Positions 45,472 through 55,349 of a DNA stretch of 64,000 nt are shown here, piece by piece. The notes under the pieces are model-generated. The model made no database searches, was not told where the DNA came from, and was given only the letters and a program-made list of their open reading frames with translations. Source of the stretch: Dehalococcoidia bacterium (lineage in GTDB: Bacteria > Chloroflexota > Dehalococcoidia > Lucifugimonadales > UBA3495); the NCBI GenBank assembly GCA_965262485.1, contig OZ253540.1:2452711-2516710 (forward strand). Reading direction: 5' to 3'. Position numbers and translations under genes: made by a program. How positions within the stretch are numbered: position 1 is the stretch's first letter; each line of letters begins with the position of its first letter.

Positions 45472-46832
45472 TGCGCGCAACAACGATCAACGGGACCAAC
45501 GCGGTGCCCAACGCGGGATCGCACGTGCCCACGCGCGCCGAGCGAGCCATTCGCCGCCGTATTGCCCGCCAGGGACGCATCACCTTTGCCGAATACATGG
45601 CCCGCGCCCTTTACGGACCGGGAGGATATTACGCTGTAGGGGGCCGAATCTTTCCGGGCGATTACTACACCAGTCCGCAGGTGCACCCGGCCTTCGGCGC
45701 GCTGATTTCGGTTCAGTTGTTCCATTTCTGGACGTTGCTCGACAAGCCAAACTCGTTCGTGGTGGTGGAGCCCGGCGCCGGCGACGGCCTGCTTTGCCGC
45801 GACATCCTCACCGCTGCCGCACACCTGCCGGATGGGTTCGGCAAAGCGATCAGGTACGTTGCCTGCGACCTGCGCCCGCTGGCCGGTTGGGAACAAGGCA
45901 CGTCTATCACTCAGCGGGTCGTGGCGGATGCGCTGCGCCTCCCGGTGCGTAATACGGTCGGGTGTGTGCTGTCCAACGAGTTGCTCGACGCGTTTCCCGT
46001 TCACCGCGTCCGCATGGAGCAAAACCGCTTGCGGGAGTTGTACGTTGATGTCGGGCCGGACGTTGCCGACGGATATGAAGGTGTGCTGTTTGAACGCGCC
46101 GACGCGCCATCAACCCCCCGGCTGGCACAATATCTGACCGACGCCGGCAGCTCGCTTGCCGAGGGTCAAACCGCCGAGGTATGCCTGCTGCTGGAAGACT
46201 GGTCGAAGTCGGTTGCCGCCGTGCTGGAAGCGGGGTTCGCGCTTACCATCGATTACGGGCGATCCGCTGCCGACCTCTACAACCCGGAGCAGCGACCCGA
46301 TGGCGCTTTGGCAACCTACCGAAACCATCTGCAAACCGATTCGCCGCTGGTCGATGCGGGACGCCAGGACATAACTGCCCAGGTGGATTTTACTTCCGTG
46401 CAAAGGTCGGGCGAACGGGCGGGATTGACCAGCATTGGCAGCCTGTCGCAGGGTCAATTCCTGCACCGGTTGGGTCTGCAAACCATGCGCCGCAATGGAC
46501 CACCCGACGGGCTGGAAGCCTCGGGGTGGAATTCGTTGCAGGTTGGGCCGGACGGTTTGCTCCCAGACGTTTTGCCGGATGCGGCGGGCTCGGAAGCGGA
46601 CGGCGGGAGGGCGTGGCTCACGGGGCTCACCCACCTGACACGTCCGGGTGGCCTGGGCGATTTCCGCGTACTGCTCCAGTCCAAAGGAGTCGCAACCGGC
46701 CGGGCCGGTCAAGCCCTGTCCTGGCTGGACGGCAGCGGCGGGACGGGAGGGTATTCGCCGGCCCAGCTGGCGGCCATGATTCCGTCGGAGGCCATGCGGC
46801 TGGACGAGGCTCGGCTGCCGTTGTTCGGCTGA
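45471..46832 (+). CDS. Class I SAM-dependent methyltransferase, MidA/NDUFAF7 (DUF185) family
   Basis: ...ITFAEYM..ALY.PGGYY.......G.GDYYTSP.VHP.FG......VVE.GAG.G.L..D.L. Confidence 0.85.
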   Translation: MRATTINGTNAVPNAGSHVPTRAERAIRRRIARQGRITFAEYMARALYGPGGYYAVGGRIFPGDYYTSPQVHPAFGALISVQLFHFWTLLDKPNSFVVVEPGAGDGLLCRDILTAAAHLPDGFGKAIRYVACDLRPLAGWEQGTSITQRVVADALRLPVRNTVGCVLSNELLDAFPVHRVRMEQNRLRELYVDVGPDVADGYEGVLFERADAPSTPRLAQYLTDAGSSLAEGQTAEVCLLLEDWSKSVAAVLEAGFALTIDYGRSAADLYNPEQRPDGALATYRNHLQTDSPLVDAGRQDITAQVDFTSVQRSGERAGLTSIGSLSQGQFLHRLGLQTMRRNGPPDGLEASGWNSLQVGPDGLLPDVLPDAAGSEADGGRAWLTGLTHLTRPGGLGDFRVLLQSKGVATGRAGQALSWLDGSGGTGGYSPAQLAAMIPSEAMRLDEARLPLFG

Positions 46833-46922
46833 GCGGGTGCTATAATCGGCGGCGCCCGGATCGTTGCATCCGGATGCAGCCCAGTGAACATCAACGCATA
46901 TATTGTGCTACGAGATTGATCT

Positions 46923-48188
46923 ATGCCCGGCCCACTAGATGGTATCAAGGTAGTCGAATTTTCGACCATGATCGCGACGCCGACGGCAGGGATGCTGCTC
47001 GCCGATATGGGGGCCAGCGTCACCAAGGTTGAGCCGCCGTGGGGCGACCTGTGGCGGTACGCCCAAGCGGTGCTGCCAACGGAGGGCCGGCCGTTCATGG
47101 CGTACAACCGGGGCAAAAGGTCGGTGACACTCAACCTGGCGCAGCCGGAAAGCGGCGATGTGGTGCGGCGGCTGACCGAGCAGGCGGATGTCGTGTTGGC
47201 CAACAATCGGCCCGACGTAGCGGCGCGGCTGGGCATCGACTACGAGACGTTGTCGGGCATTAACCCGGGCCTCATCTATTGCGAGGGATCTGCTTTCGGA
47301 CACAATGGCCCCGACGCCTATCGTCCCGGATACGACATCATCATTCAGGCAATGTCGGGGATCGCAACCAGCGAGGGCAAGGTGCTGCGCGGTGTCCCGC
47401 AACACATCGTGGCCAGTCCACTGGTGGATTCGGCCTGCGGGTTGGCCCAGGCCTGGGCGGTCTGCGGCGCGCTGTTCGCCCGTGAGAGGAACGGCGGCAA
47501 GGGCCAGAAGCTGGAAGCGTCGCTGCTGGGCACCGGCCTGATGATGCTTGGAATGCGCTTTGTGCGAATCGAATCCATCGACACCGCAACTCATGCCCAG
47601 GTTCTGGAGTCGCTGAACGCCATGCGGGCCGGTGGCGTGCCGTATCCGGAGGTGCTGGATGCCTACGAGGCGCAGCGCTTCCAGTCGCCGGGGAACATCT
47701 ACTACCGGTTTTTTCAAACTGCCAACGGGATAGTCGTCGTAGGTTGCCTGAACACCGCGCTACGCAAACGCCTGCTGGACGTCATCGGCCTGCGCGATAT
47801 CCGGTTCGACGAAGGATACGATCAGTATTCTCAAGAGGCGGCCCAATTCGGAGAACGGCTGATGTCGGACGCAGAAGCAGTATTCGCCGCGAAGACCACC
47901 GAAGAATGGCTGGACCTGCTGGACCACGCGGGAGTACCCGCCGGGCCGGTGCGTTTCGTCGAGGAACTATTCGACCATCCGCAGGTGCTGGAAAATAATA
48001 TGGTTGTTGACGTGCAGCACCGGGATCTGGGCGCAGTGCGGATGGCGGGCCCGGTGGTGGCATTTTCGGATACGCCGCTCCAGGCTGGGCCGCTGGCGGC
48101 ATTGGGGGAGCACACGGATGAGGTGTTGGGGGAATTGGGATACCAGCCAGCAGAGATTGACCGCTGGCGTCAGTCGGGGGTGATTTAG
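46923..48188 (+). CDS. CaiB/BaiF family III CoA-transferase
   Basis: PLDGIKVVEF....A.P.AG..LAD.GA.V.KVEPP.GD is typical of family III CoA-transferases. Confidence 0.9.
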   Translation: MPGPLDGIKVVEFSTMIATPTAGMLLADMGASVTKVEPPWGDLWRYAQAVLPTEGRPFMAYNRGKRSVTLNLAQPESGDVVRRLTEQADVVLANNRPDVAARLGIDYETLSGINPGLIYCEGSAFGHNGPDAYRPGYDIIIQAMSGIATSEGKVLRGVPQHIVASPLVDSACGLAQAWAVCGALFARERNGGKGQKLEASLLGTGLMMLGMRFVRIESIDTATHAQVLESLNAMRAGGVPYPEVLDAYEAQRFQSPGNIYYRFFQTANGIVVVGCLNTALRKRLLDVIGLRDIRFDEGYDQYSQEAAQFGERLMSDAEAVFAAKTTEEWLDLLDHAGVPAGPVRFVEELFDHPQVLENNMVVDVQHRDLGAVRMAGPVVAFSDTPLQAGPLAALGEHTDEVLGELGYQPAEIDRWRQSGVI

Positions 48189-49418
48189 TGACCAGTCCAA
48201 CCAATCGGAGCATCACGGTATACGGCGCGTTGTGGTGCCCCGATTGCCGCCGCTCCAAACAGTTTCTGGCCGAGCATCGCGTTCCGTACCAATGGGTTGA
48301 CATTGAACAGGACGAAGACGCGCGGCTGACCGTTCAGCAACTTAATGACGGTCGCCAGATAATCCCTACCATCGTGTTCGACGACGGTGGGCCGATTCTC
48401 GTTGAGCCGAGCAACGCCGAGCTGGCGACGCGGCTGGGGATCAACGCCACGGCCAGCCGAACCTACTACGACCTGATCATCGTGGGCGGTGGCCCGGCCG
48501 GCTTAACCGCCGCAATCTACGCCGCCAGAGAAGGCATGGACACGCTGGTTATCGAGCGCAGCGGCATCGGCGGGCAAGCCGGGTTGACGGAGCGCATCGA
48601 CAACTACCCGGGTTTTGCCCAGGGAATATCGGGCGCGGACCTGGCCGACCAGATGCGGGAACAGGCCGAACGGTTCGGCGTGGAGCTGCTCATAGCGCAG
48701 ACCGTGGCCTCGCTAGATGCCGGCAACGAAGATGGCGGTGTCCGCACCGTGATGACCGAATCCGGCGGCCAATACCGTCCTCCGGCTGTCCTGCTGACGC
48801 CGGGAACCCGCTACCGACGGCTCAACGTGCCCGGCGAGGACGACTTCATTGGGGCCGGGGTCCATTTTTGCGCGACCTGCGACGGGCCGTTCTATCGCGA
48901 CATGGATACCCTGGTTGTGGGCGGAGGCAACAGCGGAATCGAGGAGGGCCTGTTACTGACCCGGTTTGCCTCCCATGTGACCGGTGCTGGAGGTTGGCGA
49001 CCGGCTGCGCGCCAGCCAGGTGTTGCAGGACAAAGCCGCCGCTCACCCGCAAATGGATATACGGCTGAACACCACGGTGCGCGAATTTCGGGGCGACGGC
49101 AAACTGTCATCCGTGCTGGTTGAGGATGTGAACACCGGGCAGCAGGATGAGTTGCACCCGGCCGGCGTGTTTGTGTTCATCGGGCTTGACCCAAATACCG
49201 CCTTCTTGTCCGACTCGGTGGAACTGGACGAACGGGGTTTCATCAAAACGGGGCCCGGGATGGAAACCAACCGGCACGGCGTATTCGCTGCCGGCGACGT
49301 CCGGGCGGGGAGCACCAAGCAGGTGGCGACAGCGGTGGGTGAAGGAGCCGCGGCGCTCATCAGCATCCGCGCGCACATGGAGCAGGAGATACGGAATCGG
49401 GGATACGCCGGCGATTAG
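48188..49418 (+). pseudogene. trxB: Glutaredoxin-like (CPDC) / thioredoxin-disulfide reductase (CATC) fusion with a +1-nt frameshift near 48983
   Basis: Frame 1 reads ...LLLTRFASHVT then junk. Frame 2 from 48984 reads VLEVGDRLRASQVLQDKA...GVFAAGDV... One extra G in ACC-G-GTG breaks an otherwise complete TrxR. Confidence 0.75.
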
Positions 49419-49558
49419 AGCCTGTCGCCAATTAGCAAACCAGCCCGTCATTCCCGCGAAAGCGGGAATCCAGAGTACCCTGAATGTGAACGATGTCTGC
49501 TTTCCAAAGCGCCTGGATTCCCGCGAAAGCGGGAATGACGGTATTTGTCAACAGAGCC
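49418..49558. mobile_element. TA-flanked MITE (141 bp) abutting the trxB 3' end
   Basis: Ends are GAGCCTGTCGCCAATT... and ...AAATACC/TTGTCAACAGAGCC. TA lies at 49416-17 and 49559-60. Two CATTCCCGCGAAAGCGGGAATG modules. Confidence 0.7.
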
Positions 49559-49595
49559 TAGATAGAAAATTGCCCGGTTCGCATGGGTTCGGTAC

Positions 49596-49635
49596 AACCC
49601 AAAAGGGCCGGACAATTGCCCGGCCCTTTTGGGTT
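49596..49635. terminator. Bidirectional intrinsic terminator (16-bp perfect stem, A4/T4 flanks inside the stem)
   Basis: AACCCAAAAGGGCCGG-acaattgc-CCGGCCCTTTTGGGTT lies between the convergent trxB and 49703..49924 genes. Confidence 0.75.
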
Positions 49636-49702
49636 TGCTGGCGCCGTGGGTGGGTTGGCGATGCAGGGCTGCCAGCGGTTGAGGAGGCGGTGTCCAAGGG
49701 TG

Positions 49703-49924
49703 TTATCTCTCCGGCAGGAAGGTGTAATAACGCACGCCAGCCATGGGAACGCCGTAGCCGAAGCTGGGCATCGCCCGGTGGATTACCCGTTCCGGCGCCG
49801 AATCTTCCATGCGGACGCCATACTCAGTCAGGATATCCGACATGTCCTGCTCGACCCAATCGCTAAGCAACCTGGGCCGCTGGTCAATCTGTTTGTTGGT
49901 CAGCACTTCATTGACAGTAACCAT
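49703..49924 (-). CDS. Hypothetical small protein (73 aa)
   Basis: AGGAGGA lies 7 nt upstream of the ATG at 49924 and is followed by the terminator. No recognisable domain. Confidence 0.55.
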   Translation of the reverse strand: MVTVNEVLTNKQIDQRPRLLSDWVEQDMSDILTEYGVRMEDSAPERVIHRAMPSFGYGVPMAGVRYYTFLPER

Positions 49925-50017
49925 CGTCGCTTCCTCCTGTGTGGGGTTCAACTACATATCATATTGCGATTACTGTTATTATAATCGCCGATGATTGATA
50001 CGTCAAGGCTCAATGTT

Positions 50018-50181
50018 CAGGGCTATCGCATATGAAATTACAGTCACGTCACTCCGGCGAAAGCCGGAGTGACGTGACTGTAATTTGCTGGATTTTCGGA
50101 GGGAAGCTACCAGCAACGGTCACTAGATTCCCGCTTTCGCGGGAATGACGGTGGTTAATTGGTCCATATGCGATAGCCCTG
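50018..50181. mobile_element. ISAs1-type MITE (164 bp) with 10-bp TSD
   Basis: The TIR is CAGGGCTATCGCATATG / CATATGCGATAGCCCTG. The direct repeat GCTCAATGTT lies at 50008-50017 and 50182-50191. Confidence 0.85.
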
Positions 50182-50282
50182 GCTCAATGTTAAAATCACG
50201 TTAAAATTGCCGAGAATCTTTGGGATATTTCCCGTCTCGATGCTACCCGTTTCATCGCACACAGCCAGGGGGTGAACCTGTT

Positions 50283-52406
50283 ATGACGCAACCAATAGGG
50301 GCCGACCTGTTCCGACATCTGCGCGCCGTCGGTGATCCCACCATGTCACCCGATGGATCGCGATGCGCCTACGTGCTGTCGTGGGTTGACGCAGCCACTT
50401 CATCCGGCCGCTCCCGCATTTACCAGGCGGGGCCGCCATTACCGGGCGGCGCGTACGATGACCCGGAACCCTTCACGCGCGGAGACGCCGATTCTCACCC
50501 GCGGTTTTCTCCGGATGGCGCGACGCTGGCGTTGCTGCGGCCCGGCGGCTCCGGCCCGGACGGGTCGAAGCAGGTTTGGTCAATGCCGGCTTGGGGCGGG
50601 GAGGCCGCTCAGCGTACCAGCCTGCCCAACGGCGTCCGTGAGTTCGCATGGGCGCCCGATTCATCTCGCATTGCGGTGGTGGCAGATGTGTGTCCGGATG
50701 ACGGAGGGGGCGCCGGCGCAACGCAAAATGATGAGCCGACGGTGCGGGAAGTAAACCGGATTCGCTACCAGCACGATGCAATCGGCTGGCGGGGCGACTG
50801 TCATTTCCACTTATTTATCGTGGACGCCAAAACCGGGGAAGCGACGCAACTTACCGATGGCGATTGGGACGATATGGCTCCGGCCTGGTCCCCGGACGGA
50901 CGGCGCATCGCGTTCATCTCCGGCAGGTCGGAGGCCCGGGACGTAACCGCCAGCAGCGAGGTGTACGTGGTGGACGTGCCGGCGACAGATCCCGATGACT
51001 CCTCCATGCCCGAAGACTCCTCCATGCCCCAGCCGGCGTTGTGGTCGCAGGGATTGACCGACGCCGCGGCGGTAGCCTGGTCTCCCGACGGGCGCAAATT
51101 GTTGACTGCCGGCGCGACCGGGGACGGATTGATGGTGCTGTGGCAGGCGTATCTGTACGTGTTGCAGCCGGACGCGCCGCCGCGCCGCATTACGGACGAC
51201 AGCATCCGCCCCTGCCTGGGATACCCTGGGATATACCCGCCGCTGGATTTGCGCTGGATACAGGGTGAGCCGGGCGCCGCTGATGAGGGCACGGTTCTGT
51301 TCCTGGCCGATGCCGGCGGAGAGACCCGGTTGTATTCGCTGCCAGTGACGGCGGACGGCAGCATGGTGGAGCCGGTGGCGCTGACAGAGGGTGGAGAGGC
51401 GCTGTCGGGCATCGCATTTGATGGCTCGGCTGGCCTCGCCGGCCTGGTGTCGTCGGCTCCTGATTCTCCGTCTGAGCTGGAAATAGTTACCCTAAAGGGC
51501 AATCGGCAGGCAGTGGCGACGCGGCGGCGTATCACGTCTCATAACGATGAATGGTTGGCAGAACATCCGCCGGCCCCGCTGGAGAAGTTCAGCATCAACC
51601 GGGGCGGTTGGGACATCGAATGCCGGCTGTATCACCCGCCGGGGTTCGACGCTACGAAGCGGTATCCGCTGCTGCTGGAAATTCACGGTGGACCCAACGG
51701 CGCATTCTACGATTCATTTGTGCCCTGGCATCAGGCGCCGGCGACGGCTGGCTACCTGGTGCTGGCGGTGAACCCGCGCGGATCATCGACTTATGGCGAG
51801 GAGTTCGTCAATTCGGTGTTGGGCGACTGGGGAGGCGAGGATTACCTGGATTTGATGGCGGGCGTGGATGCGGTGTGCGCGCGTCCATACGTGGATACCG
51901 AGCGTCTGTTGATACACGGATACAGTTACGGCGGGTATATGACCACCTGGATAATCGGCCACGATGACCGTTTCCGCGCCGCCGTTGCCGGTGCGCCGTG
52001 CATCGACCTGTGGAGCATGTATGGCACGTCTGACATTGCCGCGAGTTTTGGCGAAACACAGTGGTCGGCGCGGCCTTCCGGCGGAGCGCCCACGACGGTT
52101 CCGATGGCAACCGAGCTGGATGAGGGAGTGGATGACCTGGCCTACCGGCTGCTGCAGCGCTCGCCGATCACGTTTGCCCCGCAGGTGGACACTCCGGTGC
52201 TGCTGCTGCACGGGGAAAGCGACGCGCGATGCCCCATCGGTCAGAGCGAGCAATATTTCCAGATGTTGAAACGGCTGGAAAAAGAGGTTGCGATGGTGAG
52301 GTTTCCCGGCTGTGGCCACGGGTTTTTGAGGACGGGCCACGTGGCGCTGCGGCAGGCTTACCTGGAGCGGATGATGGGCTGGTTCCAGCGGTGGCTGGAG
52401 GAATAG
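50283..52406 (+). CDS. S9-family serine peptidase (acylaminoacyl-peptidase / prolyl oligopeptidase-like)
   Basis: N-terminal beta-propeller (WSPDG repeats). C-terminal hydrolase with GYSYGGYM and the HG..D.R...... motif. Confidence 0.9.
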   Translation: MTQPIGADLFRHLRAVGDPTMSPDGSRCAYVLSWVDAATSSGRSRIYQAGPPLPGGAYDDPEPFTRGDADSHPRFSPDGATLALLRPGGSGPDGSKQVWSMPAWGGEAAQRTSLPNGVREFAWAPDSSRIAVVADVCPDDGGGAGATQNDEPTVREVNRIRYQHDAIGWRGDCHFHLFIVDAKTGEATQLTDGDWDDMAPAWSPDGRRIAFISGRSEARDVTASSEVYVVDVPATDPDDSSMPEDSSMPQPALWSQGLTDAAAVAWSPDGRKLLTAGATGDGLMVLWQAYLYVLQPDAPPRRITDDSIRPCLGYPGIYPPLDLRWIQGEPGAADEGTVLFLADAGGETRLYSLPVTADGSMVEPVALTEGGEALSGIAFDGSAGLAGLVSSAPDSPSELEIVTLKGNRQAVATRRRITSHNDEWLAEHPPAPLEKFSINRGGWDIECRLYHPPGFDATKRYPLLLEIHGGPNGAFYDSFVPWHQAPATAGYLVLAVNPRGSSTYGEEFVNSVLGDWGGEDYLDLMAGVDAVCARPYVDTERLLIHGYSYGGYMTTWIIGHDDRFRAAVAGAPCIDLWSMYGTSDIAASFGETQWSARPSGGAPTTVPMATELDEGVDDLAYRLLQRSPITFAPQVDTPVLLLHGESDARCPIGQSEQYFQMLKRLEKEVAMVRFPGCGHGFLRTGHVALRQAYLERMMGWFQRWLEE

Positions 52407-52485
52407 CAGTCGGGTTTGACACCCGTTGCGGCTATCCCGTATCGTACCGCCTGATACGCACATGGCATCCTGAAGGAGTTGTTCG

Positions 52486-52713
52486 TTGGCTGACACAAAC
52501 ACGCAGGAAGAACAGGTCAGGATGCTGGCCGAACTGGTTGGCATCTCTATCGACGACGCCGATTTGCCCGAGGTGGCCAATCGCTTCGGCAGTCTGATGC
52601 AGGAGTTGGACCGGCTGCGAGAACTGGACCTGGAAGGGCTGGAGCCGGTCACCATATTCCCGGATACGGAATTTCCAGATCCGGAATCTTCTGCAACGGG
52701 TGCTGACGATTAG
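52486..52713 (+). CDS. GatC-like / AtzG-like small protein (DUF4089-type)
   Basis: 75 aa. ...LAELVGISIDDADLPEV...F..L......L.ELDLEG.EP resembles GatC/AtzG. Lies immediately upstream of an amidase-signature enzyme. Confidence 0.5.
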   Translation: MADTNTQEEQVRMLAELVGISIDDADLPEVANRFGSLMQELDRLRELDLEGLEPVTIFPDTEFPDPESSATGADD

Positions 52714-52772
52714 CCAGCGTATGAACGGTTGCGAGGCCGGTATTACGACACGCCACACATGGGAGCTTACAA

Positions 52773-54209
52773 TTGGTGATGCCCGCCAACTCTGACGAGA
52801 TAGTTTTCCTGTCTGCCGAGGCCACTGCGGCGGGTATCCGCGCCGGTGAGTTTACGGCTACCGACGCAGTGAACGCATACCTGCGCCGGATCGACGCAAT
52901 CGACGCAGATATCAAGTCCTACATCACCGTGTGCCGGGAAGAGGCGTTGGGGGCGGCATCGGATGCGGACGACGCGCTGCGCCGTGGCGACGACCGGGTT
53001 GCCGGGGCGTTGTTCGGGGTGCCGGTGGCCGTCAAAGACCAGTTCAATACGGCTGGCATACTGACGAGCAACGGCTCCAGAGCCTACGCCGACAACGTCC
53101 CGGAAACGGATGCTACCGTGGTGGCCCGGCTGAAAGAAGCCGGGGCAATTCTGATGGGCAAGCTGAACCTGAGCGAGCTGGCGATGGGCGGCACGGCCGA
53201 TCCTCCTTACGGGACGCCGCAGAATCCGTGGCGGGCCGGACATACGCCCGGCGAATCGAGCAGCGGGTCCGGGGCGGCGCTGGCGGCGCATCTCTGCGCG
53301 GCATCGGTGGGCGAGGACACGGGGGGCAGCGGTCGGGGGCCGGCATCCTATTGCAATGGCGTTGGGCTGCGTCCGACTTTCACCCGCATCAGCCGGTACG
53401 GGGTTACACCCATGTGCTGGTTCATGGACGCCGCCGCCCCGATGACCAAGACGGTTGAGGATTGTGCCCTGGTGCTGGGAGCGGTGGCCGGTTACGACCC
53501 GCTGGATCCGACCACCAGCCGCCGGCCGGTGCCTGATTACTACGGGATGCTGGATGGCGTTATCACGGGGATGCGCGTTGGCCGGCTGACCGAGCTGTGC
53601 AGCTCGCCGGATATGCACGCCGACGTGCGGTCGGCGATTGACCAGGCGTTGGAAACGTTGGCCGGGTTGGGGGCGGAAGTAGTCGATGTATCGGTGCCGC
53701 TGACCGAGATGGCCGGAGCGATTTTTGTGGGCATTGCCGATACTGAGGGCGCCGGCGCGCGGGATGGATTGATGCTTCGCGCGCCGGAACAACTGGACCG
53801 GGCTTCACGCACCCGATTGCAGAGCGCTTCGCTGGTTCCGGCGAAAGTGCAGAACCGGGCGATGAAAGCCAGGGTTCTGCTGAGGCGGCAATTTGAGGAT
53901 GCGTTCCGACGGGTTGACGTGCTGGTGTCGCCGACGGCCCCATATCCGGCGCCGCGGCACGATGCGCTGACGGCCAGGTTCGAGAGCGCCGAAGATGTGC
54001 GACAGCGTTTCTTTTTCCGCCGGTCGTACACGGGTTGTTATCCACTGGCAGCGATGCCGGCAATTTCCATACCGGGCGGATTCACCGAAGACGGGTTGCC
54101 GATTGGCCTGCAGATTGGCGCCGCGCCCTTCGCGGAGGGAACCATCCTGCGGGCATCGTACGCCTATCAGCAGGCAACGGACTGGCACACGCGCCGAGCG
54201 CCCGTGTAG
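52773..54209 (+). CDS. Amidase-signature family amidase
   Basis: ...GVPVAVKD........T..GS.......A.VV.RL..AGAI..GK.N..E.A.G......G...NPW....PGESSSGSGAA.A. The start could be TTG 52773, GTG 52776 or ATG 52779. Confidence 0.88.
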   Translation: MVMPANSDEIVFLSAEATAAGIRAGEFTATDAVNAYLRRIDAIDADIKSYITVCREEALGAASDADDALRRGDDRVAGALFGVPVAVKDQFNTAGILTSNGSRAYADNVPETDATVVARLKEAGAILMGKLNLSELAMGGTADPPYGTPQNPWRAGHTPGESSSGSGAALAAHLCAASVGEDTGGSGRGPASYCNGVGLRPTFTRISRYGVTPMCWFMDAAAPMTKTVEDCALVLGAVAGYDPLDPTTSRRPVPDYYGMLDGVITGMRVGRLTELCSSPDMHADVRSAIDQALETLAGLGAEVVDVSVPLTEMAGAIFVGIADTEGAGARDGLMLRAPEQLDRASRTRLQSASLVPAKVQNRAMKARVLLRRQFEDAFRRVDVLVSPTAPYPAPRHDALTARFESAEDVRQRFFFRRSYTGCYPLAAMPAISIPGGFTEDGLPIGLQIGAAPFAEGTILRASYAYQQATDWHTRRAPV

Positions 54210-54210
54210 C

Positions 54211-54425
54211 CAGGGCTATCGCATATGGACGGTTTTAACCACTGCCATTCCCGCGTTAACCACCGTCATTCCCGCGAAAGCGGGAATCCAGGCGCTTTGG
54301 AAAGCAGACATCGTTCACATTGAGGGTACTCCGGATTCCCGCTTTCGCGGGAATGACGAGTTGGGGTTCGGGAATGACGAGCTGGGGTCAGTGAAATCGC
54401 CTTATATCTCAAATGTCAACACGGC
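54211..54425. repeat. Chimeric MITE debris (ISAs1-type MITE end + hairpin modules + TA-MITE end)
   Basis: Starts 1 nt after the amidase stop with CAGGGCTATCGCATATGGAC. It contains three CATTCCCGC... modules and ends ...AAATGTCAACACGGCCC. Confidence 0.65.
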
Positions 54426-54446
54426 CCAGGCCCTAAACGGGGGAAC

Positions 54447-55334
54447 ATGTTACGGAAAGCCATCATACCCGCCGCCGGTCTGGGGACGCGGTTTTTGCCG
54501 GTTACCCGGTCGGTGCCCAAGGAACTGCTGCCCATTCTGGACCGCCCGATGTTGCAATACGTGGTCGCGGAGGCTGCGGAGGCTGGGATCACGGAAGTTA
54601 TAGTCATAACGTCGCCCGGGAAAGAGGGTATCGCCGAGTATTTCCGGCCCCGGCCAGACCTGGAGCAACGGTTGGCTGATGACGAGCAGTTGTTGAGTCG
54701 GGTACGCTCCGGCACCGACCTGGCGGACGTGTCATTTGTGATTCAGGAAGAACCGCTGGGTCTGGGTCATGCAGTCCTGACGGCTCGGGATGCGGTGGGG
54801 GATGAACCGTTTGCGGTGATACTGCCCGACGACATCATTGCCAATGCTCCGGGGGCGCTGGCCCAGATGCTGGCGGCAACCGCCGAACAGTCGGGCAACG
54901 GTAAATCCGTGGCCGCCGTGGCCGTGGAACGGTTGCCGTGGGAGGTAGTCCACAACTACGGGGTAGTGGATGCCGAACCGGACGGAGAGCGTCGGCACCG
55001 GGTCAAGGGCCTGGTGGAGAAACCGCCGCCGGGCACCGCCCCATCCAACCTCTCTATAGTGGGTCGGTACATTCTCCCGCCGCAGGTATTTGAGTGCCTG
55101 GAACGCACGCTGCCCGGAGCCAGGGGCGAAATCCAGTTGACGGACGGCCTGGCGCTGTTGATGGAAGACTGCCCCCTGTACGCCTGCGAATTCGATGGCA
55201 TCAGATATGACGGCGGCAACCCCATGGGCCTGCTGCGGGCATCGCTGGAGCACGCGCTGGCCCGCGAGGACACCAAAGCGGCGGCCGCGGAGCTGGTGCG
55301 GCAGCTGGCGGCCGGCCTGGGTACTGGCGAGTAG
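54447..55334 (+). CDS. galU: UTP--glucose-1-phosphate uridylyltransferase
   Basis: KAIIPAAGLGTRFLP.T...PKE(L/M)LP(I/V).D.P..QY.V.EA..AGI. Confidence 0.93.
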   Translation: MLRKAIIPAAGLGTRFLPVTRSVPKELLPILDRPMLQYVVAEAAEAGITEVIVITSPGKEGIAEYFRPRPDLEQRLADDEQLLSRVRSGTDLADVSFVIQEEPLGLGHAVLTARDAVGDEPFAVILPDDIIANAPGALAQMLAATAEQSGNGKSVAAVAVERLPWEVVHNYGVVDAEPDGERRHRVKGLVEKPPPGTAPSNLSIVGRYILPPQVFECLERTLPGARGEIQLTDGLALLMEDCPLYACEFDGIRYDGGNPMGLLRASLEHALAREDTKAAAAELVRQLAAGLGTGE

Positions 55335-55349
55335 CGGGGTTGGGAGGGT

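Noticed and set aside
45469-45473. The recurrent TAGTG / GTGA stop-start overlaps (45469-45473, 48186-48190, 19470-19473) as a special recoding signal.
   Set aside because: These are ordinary 1- or 4-nt overlaps consistent with translational coupling in operons. Nothing indicates frameshifting.
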